Shown: in pieces, positions 17,404 to 26,194 of the stretch
How positions within the stretch are numbered: the stretch's first letter is position 1
Layout of the letters: the number at the start of each line of letters is the position of its first letter
Origin: a virus
Taxonomy: Duplodnaviria; Caudoviricetes
Length of the DNA stretch: 29,188 nt
Virus record (IMG/VR): IMGVR_UViG_3300017912_001074
Coordinates: 1-29,188 of that record
Direction: 5' to 3' (one strand)
Position numbers and translations under genes: made by a program
The notes under the pieces: model-generated
The model's input: the letters and a program-made list of their open reading frames with translations, nothing else
Database searches by the model: none
Told to the model about the DNA's origin: nothing

Positions 17404-18657
17404 CTAACTCCATCTCCTTGCTGTTGCGGTATCTCCAGAAAATGCCCAACGCTGTGGTGTTGAATCTTCCATTTTAGTATGCAGTGGATATAGGAAATCA
17501 ACAAGATAACCTACTGCATCTGCCATATGGTCTAATTCTCCATCTTTTTCTATTATAGATGTGCCTGGTTTGTATACCATTTTTTCTAAACTATTTACAA
17601 TTTGCTTACATTTAGGATCAATGAACAAGGATCTTATGCCATCTGCGCTTTGCAGTTTAGCGTTTACACTGTTTACCCTATCTCTAATAGGTGTGTGTGC
17701 ATTTCTTACTTGGACCGTAAATCCTGCATTTTGTAAAATACTAATATCTGTTTTGCCTCCAGCAGATGTTTTTCTTTGTCTTCCTGCTGGATCAGGATAC
17801 ATAACAATTCTTGACTTTGGATATCTGCGTTTTAATTCATCACAAACTTCATCTGTGTTTGAACCACGCATACATATTTCATCAATCATATAAATTGTGT
17901 TGTTTTCAATTACACTTATACAAACACTCATAGGATCTACGTTGAAGTCAATACCACAGTGTATTTCTCTAGTGTCCATGCCTTTGCATTCACGCAATGA
18001 AACTTCTCTACTAAAATTATAATATACCACACCTGAATAAGTTGTAAAGGTTGCTAGATATTCTTGTTCAAATGTTCTTTGATCCATATCACGCTTTGCT
18101 TGGTTTACTTCATCTTCACTTACCATGCCACCTTCTAGTGTAGTATACATGAAACTATCCCAATCACTAGTAGCATCTGCCATTGTATACATGTCATGAC
18201 TCCAACTACCAACGCCTCTTGGTGTGCCTGTAAACAACGCATGTCCTTGTTTGTCAGAAAGTGTTGGTCGTAGAACTTCAGTCCAAGTCTTTGGATCTAT
18301 ATCTTGGAATTCGTCTAAAACTATAAAGTTCAAACCTACACCTCTCAAACTATCTGGTGCATCAGCACCTTTTAAATAAATCTTTGATCCGTTTTTCAAA
18401 CGCAACATCAATTCTGCTTCATTTGTTGCATCAACCCATCTTAAATCTTTCAATTTAGTTTTGAGTTGATCCCAAACAATATTTTTTGCCATCCTATAAC
18501 TAGGCGCTACATACCAAACCAATTGATCTGGTTTGCTGGCATATCTAGCAAGTTCACGCATTGCTACATGTGTCTTGCCAAATCGTCTTCCTGTAACTGC
18601 TACACGAAAACGACTGTCTGAATCACAAATTGTTTTTTGTGGTTCACTTAGAGGCAC
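17404..18657 (-). CDS. terL: terminase large subunit
   Basis: Walker A TGRRFGKT, LRGVGLNFIVLDE Walker B, TGTPRG coupling motif, nuclease GIDFN and DHMADAVGY. Confidence 0.96.
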   Translation of the reverse strand: MPLSEPQKTICDSDSRFRVAVTGRRFGKTHVAMRELARYASKPDQLVWYVAPSYRMAKNIVWDQLKTKLKDLRWVDATNEAELMLRLKNGSKIYLKGADAPDSLRGVGLNFIVLDEFQDIDPKTWTEVLRPTLSDKQGHALFTGTPRGVGSWSHDMYTMADATSDWDSFMYTTLEGGMVSEDEVNQAKRDMDQRTFEQEYLATFTTYSGVVYYNFSREVSLRECKGMDTREIHCGIDFNVDPMSVCISVIENNTIYMIDEICMRGSNTDEVCDELKRRYPKSRIVMYPDPAGRQRKTSAGGKTDISILQNAGFTVQVRNAHTPIRDRVNSVNAKLQSADGIRSLFIDPKCKQIVNSLEKMVYKPGTSIIEKDGELDHMADAVGYLVDFLYPLHTKMEDSTPQRWAFSGDTATARRWS

Positions 18658-19367
18658 TATTTGTCCTCCAAAATCACTTCAAATGCCGCACTAACTGCGG
18701 AAGTTGCACTTGCCTTTGCTTGTATTTCTATATCAAGTTTTTCATCAACAACAGTTGGTATAAAAAAGTTCTTTTCCATGAATCCACCTCTTGTTGTTAC
18801 AAACGCTTTGGTGTTAAAAACACCACCACTATTTTTTGTAATTAATCTAACTTCATTTTCTAAATCTTTTGAACTACCAACATCTAGTTGCACAACATAA
18901 GCTCTTTTACCTGCAGGCACTGTGTATAAGGCCATTAGTGTTTGACCTTGTCCAATACTAATAATTGCGGCACTTTTTGAATCTGCTGTTATTGTAATTG
19001 CACCTATGTTGGTGTTGCCAGTTGGATGTGTTACAAGTTGTGCTCTAAATATTCTATAAAATTCTACAGTGCCTGCTGAACCACCTATCGTAAGTGTTTC
19101 TTCAACAGGATTATAACTTGAGTCTAAACCTTGAACTAAAACTGTGCCTGTATTGTCACCTGAGTTTGAACTAGTTGCTGTTGCTGTGCCAGCACTTGCA
19201 ATATAGGTATAGACATTGTTGCCATCCCATATAGTTTCATAACCTGTGCCAACTGCTGAATTGTAACCAAACTTGTATAAACCTGATAGGTCTGTATATA
19301 GACCTCTGCGTATACCTACGCCAACAGGTGCATTGAAATTATGTTGAAAACTGCTTATGTCACTCAT
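18657..19367 (-). CDS. hypothetical beta-rich protein (possibly virion)
   Basis: KFGYNSAV...ETIWDG and GQGQTLMALYTVPAGK; G/T/S-rich; inserted between terS and terL. Confidence 0.65.
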   Translation of the reverse strand: MSDISSFQHNFNAPVGVGIRRGLYTDLSGLYKFGYNSAVGTGYETIWDGNNVYTYIASAGTATATSSNSGDNTGTVLVQGLDSSYNPVEETLTIGGSAGTVEFYRIFRAQLVTHPTGNTNIGAITITADSKSAAIISIGQGQTLMALYTVPAGKRAYVVQLDVGSSKDLENEVRLITKNSGGVFNTKAFVTTRGGFMEKNFFIPTVVDEKLDIEIQAKASATSAVSAAFEVILEDK

Positions 19368-19368
19368 C

Positions 19369-19686
19369 TTAGTCCTCCCATGGAAGCGGTGCTTTGTTTT
19401 CGCTGTCCTCAGGTGTATCTTTCATACCTAAGTATTGCTTAGATAAAAAGATTTGCACTCTAGTATCACCATTCATTGCTTTTTCCCACATTGCACGGCG
19501 TAAACTTTTCTTACCTTCTTCTTTTCCTTTGGCAATAATTTTACTAAATCTACGATTGAGTGTTTCAACAGTAACACCACACACTTCAGCTATCTCTTGA
19601 GGTGTGCATTGTATACATGCCAGCTTGTAAACAAGATCACGATCTATTGTTTTATATTTTTTCTGTTGTAGTGGTTTTTCAGTCAT
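19369..19686 (-). CDS. terS: terminase small subunit (HTH)
   Basis: HTH CTPQEIAEVCGVTVETL, KSLRRAMWEKAMNGD...IFLSKQYLGMKD; near terL. Confidence 0.78.
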   Translation of the reverse strand: MTEKPLQQKKYKTIDRDLVYKLACIQCTPQEIAEVCGVTVETLNRRFSKIIAKGKEEGKKSLRRAMWEKAMNGDTRVQIFLSKQYLGMKDTPEDSENKAPLPWED

Positions 19687-20015
19687 TATAATTGCCTCTC
19701 CACTACTTTAATTCTAATATTCCTACTGTCTTTTTTGTTGTTGTCAGTAGTAATACGATATTCTACGTTGTATATGTTTCCTGCTGTGCCACCACTTAAA
19801 TTAGCAGTCGCGACATAGTCAGTGTTACCTGTGCTGTCCAGTGCTAGTGGAGATGCGTCACCTGAAATGGTTTCTACATTAACACTTAAGACACTTATAA
19901 CTTCTCCTGTTGGCATCCAATTTGTCCAATCAAGAGAATAGTCTAACACAGCGAAGGGGTCTTTTTCAATATAAACGCCTACGCGGTCAGTCTTAAAACC
20001 TGTCAGTGTGGCCAT
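19686..20015 (-). CDS. virion-associated protein (KDPxxxLDYxxDW type)
   Basis: KDPFAVLDYSLDWTNW...LSGGTAGNIY motif; follows the fibre-like gene. Confidence 0.65.
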   Translation of the reverse strand: MATLTGFKTDRVGVYIEKDPFAVLDYSLDWTNWMPTGEVISVLSVNVETISGDASPLALDSTGNTDYVATANLSGGTAGNIYNVEYRITTDNNKKDSRNIRIKVVERQL

Positions 20016-21442
20016 TAACCTTCTCTCCTATCTAGGAAACCGTCATTTTCAACCAATGCTGTCTTTTGAACCTTAAGATTTCTTGTTTCAGATGGCACTG
20101 TATAACCACGAGTTTCCTGTTCTATTGTATTTACACGATTCTCAGTTTTTAGGGTGTAATTCCGTGTTTCTTCGCCTATTTCTTGCGTTCTTGACTCAAT
20201 TGGAACTGTGTATACCCTAAATGGATCAATGTTATAGATTGTTAATGCTGTAAGTTGTGTTACAAATGCATTCAATCTAAGATCTGCTACGCCTAAAAGT
20301 GTGCCTGCTAGAGTTGTTATTGAGAATGAGCTGTCTAAGCTCAAGTCGTCTGGGCCTTTGAATTGATTTGCGTCTACTGTAAGTGTGCCTGAGCTTGCCT
20401 TTAGTATAGTTGGACCAAATATTGCACTTTCATTTGCTGTAAATCCAAATACACCTGTTAGTGTTTCAGTGATGCCTCTTATTCTAAAGTCATCACTTGT
20501 AATTGTTGTTGTTGCTACTGCATCTAGTGTTGCATCACCACCATTTAATTTTCTAGGTGTTGTTGTAACAGTAAATGTAGAACTTAGTGTAGCATTGCCA
20601 TCTACTTGTATAATAGCACTTGCATCTAGTGTTGCTACTGCATCTAATGAAGGAGCAACATCAAAATCTGCTGTTCCTACTACACTAACACTTGCTACTG
20701 CGTCTAGTGTAGCATTGGCATCTAAAACAAAATTGCCTGTAACTGCTACACTTGCAAAATTGTTTACAGTTAGATCTGCGCCAGCTGTAAAGTTCTCATC
20801 AGTTGATAATGAGAAACTAGAACTTAGTGTTGCTTCACCTTCTGCTGTTACAAATGCACTGACATCAAATAATGGACCCCAATATTCACTGCGTGGATTT
20901 GCCCATGTGTCACCTTCTTGCCATTGAACTTCATCACCTGGTGTAATTAGTTCTGCTTCACCACTTAGTGTAGCGACTGCATCTGAACTTAGACTTGCAA
21001 CAACATTTACTGTGGCGCTTTCCTCAGAAATTATGTTTGCAACGATTGTGCTAGATAACACACCATCTATTGTAGCACTAGCATTTCTAGTTGCTACAAG
21101 ATCACTTGAAAGTGTAGCACTTGCACTTGCACTGCTTACACCACCATGTGTTATTACTGCACTTTGACTGGTTGTAAATGCACTTGAAATAGTGCTGTCA
21201 CTGCTTCTTGTTCTATCAGCATCTACTGTGACTGTTCCGCTACTGGCCTGTAGGACTGTGCCTTGTTTTATATTTGTAGCATCTGCCGTGACGGTTGCGT
21301 TGACGCTAAGAACAGCATCTGCTGATACTATTGCGCCTACATAATTCGCATCTACATAAAGATCTTGGTCTGTGCCAACAAAGTTAGCATCAACATAACC
21401 AGATTCTAAGTAGTCGTTATTTGCAATTACATAATCCGCCAT
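20015..21442 (-). CDS. low-complexity repetitive fibre-like virion protein
   Basis: A/S/T/V/D-rich with recurring 'ATL(D/S)(A/S)' units; N-terminal YVDAN(F/Y)VG repeats; C-terminal ETRxYT repeats. Confidence 0.65.
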   Translation of the reverse strand: MADYVIANNDYLESGYVDANFVGTDQDLYVDANYVGAIVSADAVLSVNATVTADATNIKQGTVLQASSGTVTVDADRTRSSDSTISSAFTTSQSAVITHGGVSSASASATLSSDLVATRNASATIDGVLSSTIVANIISEESATVNVVASLSSDAVATLSGEAELITPGDEVQWQEGDTWANPRSEYWGPLFDVSAFVTAEGEATLSSSFSLSTDENFTAGADLTVNNFASVAVTGNFVLDANATLDAVASVSVVGTADFDVAPSLDAVATLDASAIIQVDGNATLSSTFTVTTTPRKLNGGDATLDAVATTTITSDDFRIRGITETLTGVFGFTANESAIFGPTILKASSGTLTVDANQFKGPDDLSLDSSFSITTLAGTLLGVADLRLNAFVTQLTALTIYNIDPFRVYTVPIESRTQEIGEETRNYTLKTENRVNTIEQETRGYTVPSETRNLKVQKTALVENDGFLDRREG

Positions 21443-21465
21443 GGGTAGGTCCCCTTAGATGCGGA

Positions 21466-21888
21466 TTATGCTAATGTTACTGTTAAATTGCCACTAGTGA
21501 TTTGGAATGTGTCACCAGACTCAATAGTCTTTGAAGTAGATAGAGCACCGTAGAACAGAACATTGCCTGATGTTAGTGCATCCATTACTGCTACATGGGT
21601 AATTGTTCCCCAGTTATTGTCTGTAGCTGTTGGAAATGTAACATTGGCATCTGTTGATACTGAACCACCACTAATAGTTCCAAATGAAGCACTTTGGCGA
21701 GCGTATGCTCCACCACTGCATTCATCTGTGATAGTTCCTGCTTCTAAATTTTCGCTTGTTAGACCAGCTGAATCATCAGCGTTGAACAGAGCGACATATA
21801 CTGTGCTTGGTGCACTGGTTGTCTGCGAGTTTGCTTTCAACCAAAAATCAAGTGTGCGATCTTCTGTGTAATTGCTTGCGGCACTCAT
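21466..21888 (-). CDS. virion structural protein
   Basis: MSAASNY...YVALF...GGAYARQ...FPTAT..WGTITHVAVMDALTSGNVLFYG, a recurrent phage fibre-associated family; contains DSAG. Confidence 0.75.
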   Translation of the reverse strand: MSAASNYTEDRTLDFWLKANSQTTSAPSTVYVALFNADDSAGLTSENLEAGTITDECSGGAYARQSASFGTISGGSVSTDANVTFPTATDNNWGTITHVAVMDALTSGNVLFYGALSTSKTIESGDTFQITSGNLTVTLA

Positions 21889-21934
21889 TTTTGTCCTCCT
21901 ATATAGGTTTTTTAATTGTTAGTTGCAACATTGT

Positions 21935-21940
21935 TATTTA
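21935..21940 (-). promoter_or_regulatory. TAAATA late-type promoter motif
   Basis: AATAAATA in the intergenic gap upstream of 21888. Confidence 0.45.
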
Positions 21941-21944
21941 TTGT

Positions 21945-22472
21945 TTAGGCAAATTTATGGACTAAAAGTTGTGCGTTTGAGTCATTTCTAGTGGGCGTGC
22001 TACTGCTGTTGACCCTATAACTAATATTTGTTGCACTGCTTAGTTCAAAACTTACTGCATCACGATATAAAGAAGTCCCAGTTGTGCCAATTTCAAATAC
22101 TAGATGTTGTCCTAACTGTGAATCAGCATCTTCATCATGAATAAGGGCAGTTGTTCCTTCACCAACTATCTTAGGTAGCGGTGTCAAAATGTATTTGCCT
22201 GCTGGTAAACTAAAAGTGTAGGTGCTGTTAGTGATTAAACTGTCTAAATCTGCACTTACTGTGACTGCTTTTCTATAGATGTTACCACTTACATTTTGTT
22301 CTGTGTTAGTTGCAGTAATAACGGCAAATTTTTGTGTTACACTGTCAGTTAAATGATCAATAATCTCATTTACGTTGTCAATGTTTTGTTTTATGTCAGG
22401 TCTTGCGTTGGAGATTAAATCTGTGCCAGCGTCTACGTTGGCAGTTGATGCTTTAGTTGAAGGTATTCCCAT
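21945..22472 (-). CDS. virion fibre-associated protein
   Basis: N-terminus VDAGTDLISNARPDIKQNIDNVNEIID is paralogous to the genes at 2374 and 2837. Confidence 0.6.
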   Translation of the reverse strand: MGIPSTKASTANVDAGTDLISNARPDIKQNIDNVNEIIDHLTDSVTQKFAVITATNTEQNVSGNIYRKAVTVSADLDSLITNSTYTFSLPAGKYILTPLPKIVGEGTTALIHDEDADSQLGQHLVFEIGTTGTSLYRDAVSFELSSATNISYRVNSSSTPTRNDSNAQLLVHKFA

Positions 22473-22482
22473 ATTTTATCTC

Positions 22483-24477
22483 CTAGTTATCGTCAAGTAT
22501 TCTTGTGGCGCCATCTGTGCCATTTAGATGAAACAATGCTATTGTATTTGCGTCATTTTTGAATGCAGTAGTTGGTGCACTGAATCCTGCTGTGTATCTT
22601 GCTGTGTTACTGACTCTTATTTCATCAATATGTCCACGCCAAGATTTTGTTCCGCCTCTATCAACACCAAATGTGTATTCAGTATTGCTAGACCAGTCTC
22701 CACTATCACTGTATGCGCTACCTTCTTGACTGCCATCTACATATAGTTTGACATCGCCAGCACTGTCTCTTACAAGAGCAACATGATACCATGTGTTGTT
22801 ACTGATTGCTGTGGTTCCTGTTATTCTAAGTGTTTCACCTGTGCCTGTTGCGTATTCAAATCTGTTGTTTGTATCATCATAATACAAACATTGTCCACTG
22901 TTACCATTGAACACATACTGATTTCCTGTGATATCAGTATCTTTCCTTACAAAAGCTTCTACTGTAAATTCGCCTGTGCCAATTGTGTCAAAAGGACCTT
23001 CATCTCTAGCAATAAATCCGTAGTATTGAGCACTTTGATACCAACTTGATCCACCAAATTTAGACTGTGCAGTATCAATCTCACCACCAAATACTTCACC
23101 TATGTTAACAGGCACTCTCTTACCATTGTCATCAAAGAATTCATTTGAATTATTTTCACCATCCATATGCACTAACAACAGTGTGTTACTATCATTAACA
23201 AATGCACTAGTGTCAGGTGTAAAATTACTTGTGTATCTTGCGGTGTTTGATACGCGGAATTCATCTATGTGTCCATCATTCGTATTTGATGTGTTCACAA
23301 TACCGCCTATTGCACCATACCAATCTGAACTGTAGTCTGTTGAATCTGTAGAAGTTTTAACACTTGTGCCATCTATATACAGTGTTGCTGAAGTTCCTGA
23401 TCTTACCAGTGCAAAATGATACCATGTGTTTGCTGACACAGTAAGACCTGTTGTTTCTTGCCATGTAGCATTTGCAATGTATCTCCATTGTCCTGTAGAT
23501 GTTCTCAATTGAAATGCTATACCACCTGTGTATGTTCCACTTAGTCCTGTAGATGAATTTGGTGTTAATTGGAAAATACCATTGAATGAACTTAGATTTG
23601 CAATTCTAACTCTACCTTCAATAGTATAATCTCCTGTGCCAATTGCAGGTATTTTGTCAATTTTGAGATAGTCGCCTGAACTTGCACCTCTAGTATCTAA
23701 ACTTGTGCCGCCAAATACATTTTGTGAAGTATCTATATCTGCACCACTTATTGCTGTTAGTCCAATAGGCAATCTTTCACCATTGTCGTCTATGAATACC
23801 GTTGAAGCATCAGTTCCGTCCATGTGCATCAACATCAATGTATTTGAGTTGTCATTTGTAAAAGGTGTTGTTGATGGTGTAAATCCTGCTGTGTATCTTG
23901 CTGTTGACGAAATACGAACTTCATCTATATTACCAATAAATCCGTCACTTCCTGAACTGTTTAGTGCTCCAAGAACGCTGTCAATCTGTTGCACACTTGG
24001 TGAACCTGTTCCTGAACCGTCTTCTGTGCCATCAATATAAATTTTGAAACTACTGCCATTTCTTACCCAAGCAATATGTTGCCAAGTGCTTGCAGAAAGT
24101 GTGCCTGTTGAAGTAAAACTTGGACCGCCATTTATAAACAGTCCTACTTGTCCTGAAGCATTCATATACATTGTAGTTCTACCTGAAGTGCCTGCTGAAT
24201 ATTGTGTAAAGAAATAGTCTATAGCACCTATTGAAGTAGGATATACCCACATCTCAACAGTCCAATCATCAGTTGCTGGTAGTATTGGTGTATTCAATAG
24301 AACAGCATCACCAGTGCCATCAAATAAACCGCTTGAACCATTAAACTTTGATTGTGCTGTGTCTATCTGTGCGTTGCCTATAGCACTTCCATCAATCGCA
24401 CTTCTTTGTTCTGCTACTACTTCATCTGCGGCAAATCTCTTTGCTAAAAAATTTAATCTACTTGCTCCTAATGGCAT
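22483..24477 (-). CDS. triple LamG/concanavalin A-like lectin domain protein
   Basis: Three ~215 aa repeats, each with IDTxQxxFxGxS, (D/E)(W/Y/F)T(V/I)E, W(Q/Y)H(I/F/V)AxVR, IDExRxSxTARY and a DDN end. Confidence 0.88.
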   Translation of the reverse strand: MPLGASRLNFLAKRFAADEVVAEQRSAIDGSAIGNAQIDTAQSKFNGSSGLFDGTGDAVLLNTPILPATDDWTVEMWVYPTSIGAIDYFFTQYSAGTSGRTTMYMNASGQVGLFINGGPSFTSTGTLSASTWQHIAWVRNGSSFKIYIDGTEDGSGTGSPSVQQIDSVLGALNSSGSDGFIGNIDEVRISSTARYTAGFTPSTTPFTNDNSNTLMLMHMDGTDASTVFIDDNGERLPIGLTAISGADIDTSQNVFGGTSLDTRGASSGDYLKIDKIPAIGTGDYTIEGRVRIANLSSFNGIFQLTPNSSTGLSGTYTGGIAFQLRTSTGQWRYIANATWQETTGLTVSANTWYHFALVRSGTSATLYIDGTSVKTSTDSTDYSSDWYGAIGGIVNTSNTNDGHIDEFRVSNTARYTSNFTPDTSAFVNDSNTLLLVHMDGENNSNEFFDDNGKRVPVNIGEVFGGEIDTAQSKFGGSSWYQSAQYYGFIARDEGPFDTIGTGEFTVEAFVRKDTDITGNQYVFNGNSGQCLYYDDTNNRFEYATGTGETLRITGTTAISNNTWYHVALVRDSAGDVKLYVDGSQEGSAYSDSGDWSSNTEYTFGVDRGGTKSWRGHIDEIRVSNTARYTAGFSAPTTAFKNDANTIALFHLNGTDGATRILDDN

Positions 24478-24478
24478 A

Positions 24479-24793
24479 CTATACTACTCCCTTGTTCCAT
24501 TCATCTGTGGCAAGTAAGGTTTCAAAAGCATCTCTATCCATTTCTGTGCCTTTGCTTGCAATAGACGCCACACTGCTAGGCAGTGTTTCTAAATAACTTA
24601 AGATCATTTGTGAATTGTCAACACTGTAATGTGCATAATCTGGACCACTAGTTAGCATGCCTGGTTGCTCTACTACCATAATAGGTTCACCTGCACTATT
24701 GTATCCTGATTTAGTAATTGCACGGTCTTTAAAATCTACACTTGCACTATCTGCGCTGTCAATTACAATCCATTTTCTTTGATCACTAATCAT
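24479..24793 (-). CDS. hypothetical protein
   Basis: 104 aa; AGGAG RBS; lies between fibre genes. Confidence 0.65.
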   Translation of the reverse strand: MISDQRKWIVIDSADSASVDFKDRAITKSGYNSAGEPIMVVEQPGMLTSGPDYAHYSVDNSQMILSYLETLPSSVASIASKGTEMDRDAFETLLATDEWNKGVV

Positions 24794-24801
24794 AGTTGCT
24801 C

Positions 24802-25716
24802 CTATGAGAAGTTAGTTGATAAACTAGCGTAGTATACACCACCAAAATATAGTATGCTCATAATATCTACTGAACTACCAGTTGTTGAAAGTGTTTGCTC
24901 ACCACCTGCAAAAATCATTGCACTGTCTGATGCAAGTCCTTCTGAGAAAGTATGATTACCTGTAGTATCTTGTTCTAGTATAAGTGTAACACTTTGTCCA
25001 TCTGCTTCATTTTGAAAACCTGTAAATGTTACGCTTTGGTCTAGTGTAATTTTTTGTATTGGTCCATCTGCTGGATCAATGTTTATACTTCCTGCACTGT
25101 CTGTTGTTAGTGTGTGAACTGTTTCTTTGTAATCACCAAATGTTTTGTTTGTAAGTGTTTGTGTTGCAATTTCACTTACTAGAGTTGAGTCACTGCCTTT
25201 AGGCATAAGCATTGTATTTGTAACTGCTTCACTGTGTGGTTGTGATCTAATCTTTTGTCCATGAGTGTTTGATTCACAGTTAAGTTGGATTGTTCCTGCG
25301 TTTGTGTTGCCTCTAATTTCAACATGACCTGTTCCGTTTGGTGCTAGGTCTAAGTTTGCATTTGAAACTGTAACAATGTCATTGCCGTTTGTATCTAAAT
25401 CCCCACCAAGTTGTGGAGTTGTGTCATCTACAACATCTGCAAGTCCTGCTGAACCACTTGCTGTGATTGTGATATTGGCGTTACCTGCACTATCTTCTGT
25501 TACACTAGTAGTTACATTGGTTCCGCCTATGATGTTTAGCACACCATTTGATTGTGCTTCACCTACAGTCACTGATCCTGTGTCAGCATCTACCTGTAGT
25601 GGTAAAATTTTGTTTGTAAGTAGATCAATAAAGTTATTGTCTAGTTCCGCATATGTAAGACTGCTACCTTTTGTGGTTGCGCCTGTTTGCGATTCTTGTC
25701 TTAGGGTTATTGTCAT
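24802..25716 (-). CDS. tail/head fibre-like virion protein
   Basis: KGSSLTYAELDNNF N-terminus, DTTPQLGGDLDTNG, TQTLTNKT, C-terminal TLILEQD...LST....VDIMS; contains DSAG twice. Confidence 0.75.
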   Translation of the reverse strand: MTITLRQESQTGATTKGSSLTYAELDNNFIDLLTNKILPLQVDADTGSVTVGEAQSNGVLNIIGGTNVTTSVTEDSAGNANITITASGSAGLADVVDDTTPQLGGDLDTNGNDIVTVSNANLDLAPNGTGHVEIRGNTNAGTIQLNCESNTHGQKIRSQPHSEAVTNTMLMPKGSDSTLVSEIATQTLTNKTFGDYKETVHTLTTDSAGSINIDPADGPIQKITLDQSVTFTGFQNEADGQSVTLILEQDTTGNHTFSEGLASDSAMIFAGGEQTLSTTGSSVDIMSILYFGGVYYASLSTNFS

Positions 25717-25750
25717 GGTAGTAGTATCCTTGGTTTAAAACTCTTCAACT

Positions 25751-26194
25751 CTATTTAGCAGGTTCTTTGAAAAATGTATAGTATTTGGTGTTCTTAGCAA
25801 GTTCTTTGCGAGCTTTGAGCAGTGTGCTACGCCTTTGTATAATGATTAGAGGTTCATCTCTATAGGTATAATCAATTTTTAATGGTGTATCAGTGGTGTC
25901 AGGGTGCATACCAAGGCATTCTATGTCTTTTCTACGGTATTTTTTGTTCAAATATTCAAGTTCTTCTATCATATCATCATATTCCCAGTCAAAACCATGC
26001 ACCACAACCGCCTCTAGTTGGAATATGTCCTTGAATGCAACAAAATTCTTTACAACTTGTTCTGGATCTTCACTGGTAGTGACCATTATGCGGTCCAAAT
26101 ACTGTTGAATGTATGGACATATGCTGTGATCACCCAGTTTTTTGTTAGGTGCACCTATTCTATTCTTGATGTATCTTAAGATTTTCTGCTTCAA
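25751..26194 (-). CDS. hypothetical protein (weak DUF1415-like)
   Basis: ICPY near the N-terminus and GMHPD...LIIIQR. Confidence 0.55.
   Translation of the reverse strand: MKQKILRYIKNRIGAPNKKLGDHSICPYIQQYLDRIMVTTSEDPEQVVKNFVAFKDIFQLEAVVVHGFDWEYDDMIEELEYLNKKYRRKDIECLGMHPDTTDTPLKIDYTYRDEPLIIIQRRSTLLKARKELAKNTKYYTFFKEPAK
25752..25757 (-). promoter_or_regulatory. TAAATA late-type promoter motif
   Basis: GCTAAATA overlapping the stop codon of the upstream gene, ahead of the fibre module. Confidence 0.4.

Noticed and set aside
22483-24477. Diversity-generating retroelement TR/VR pair in the LamG repeats
   Set aside because: The repeats are in-frame protein domain duplications with general divergence, not adenine-specific differences, and no RT is present.
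2425-25494. DSAG as a by-product of a repeated DNA element
   Set aside because: Synonymous codons differ, including both TCN and AGT serine codons, and all copies are in frame.
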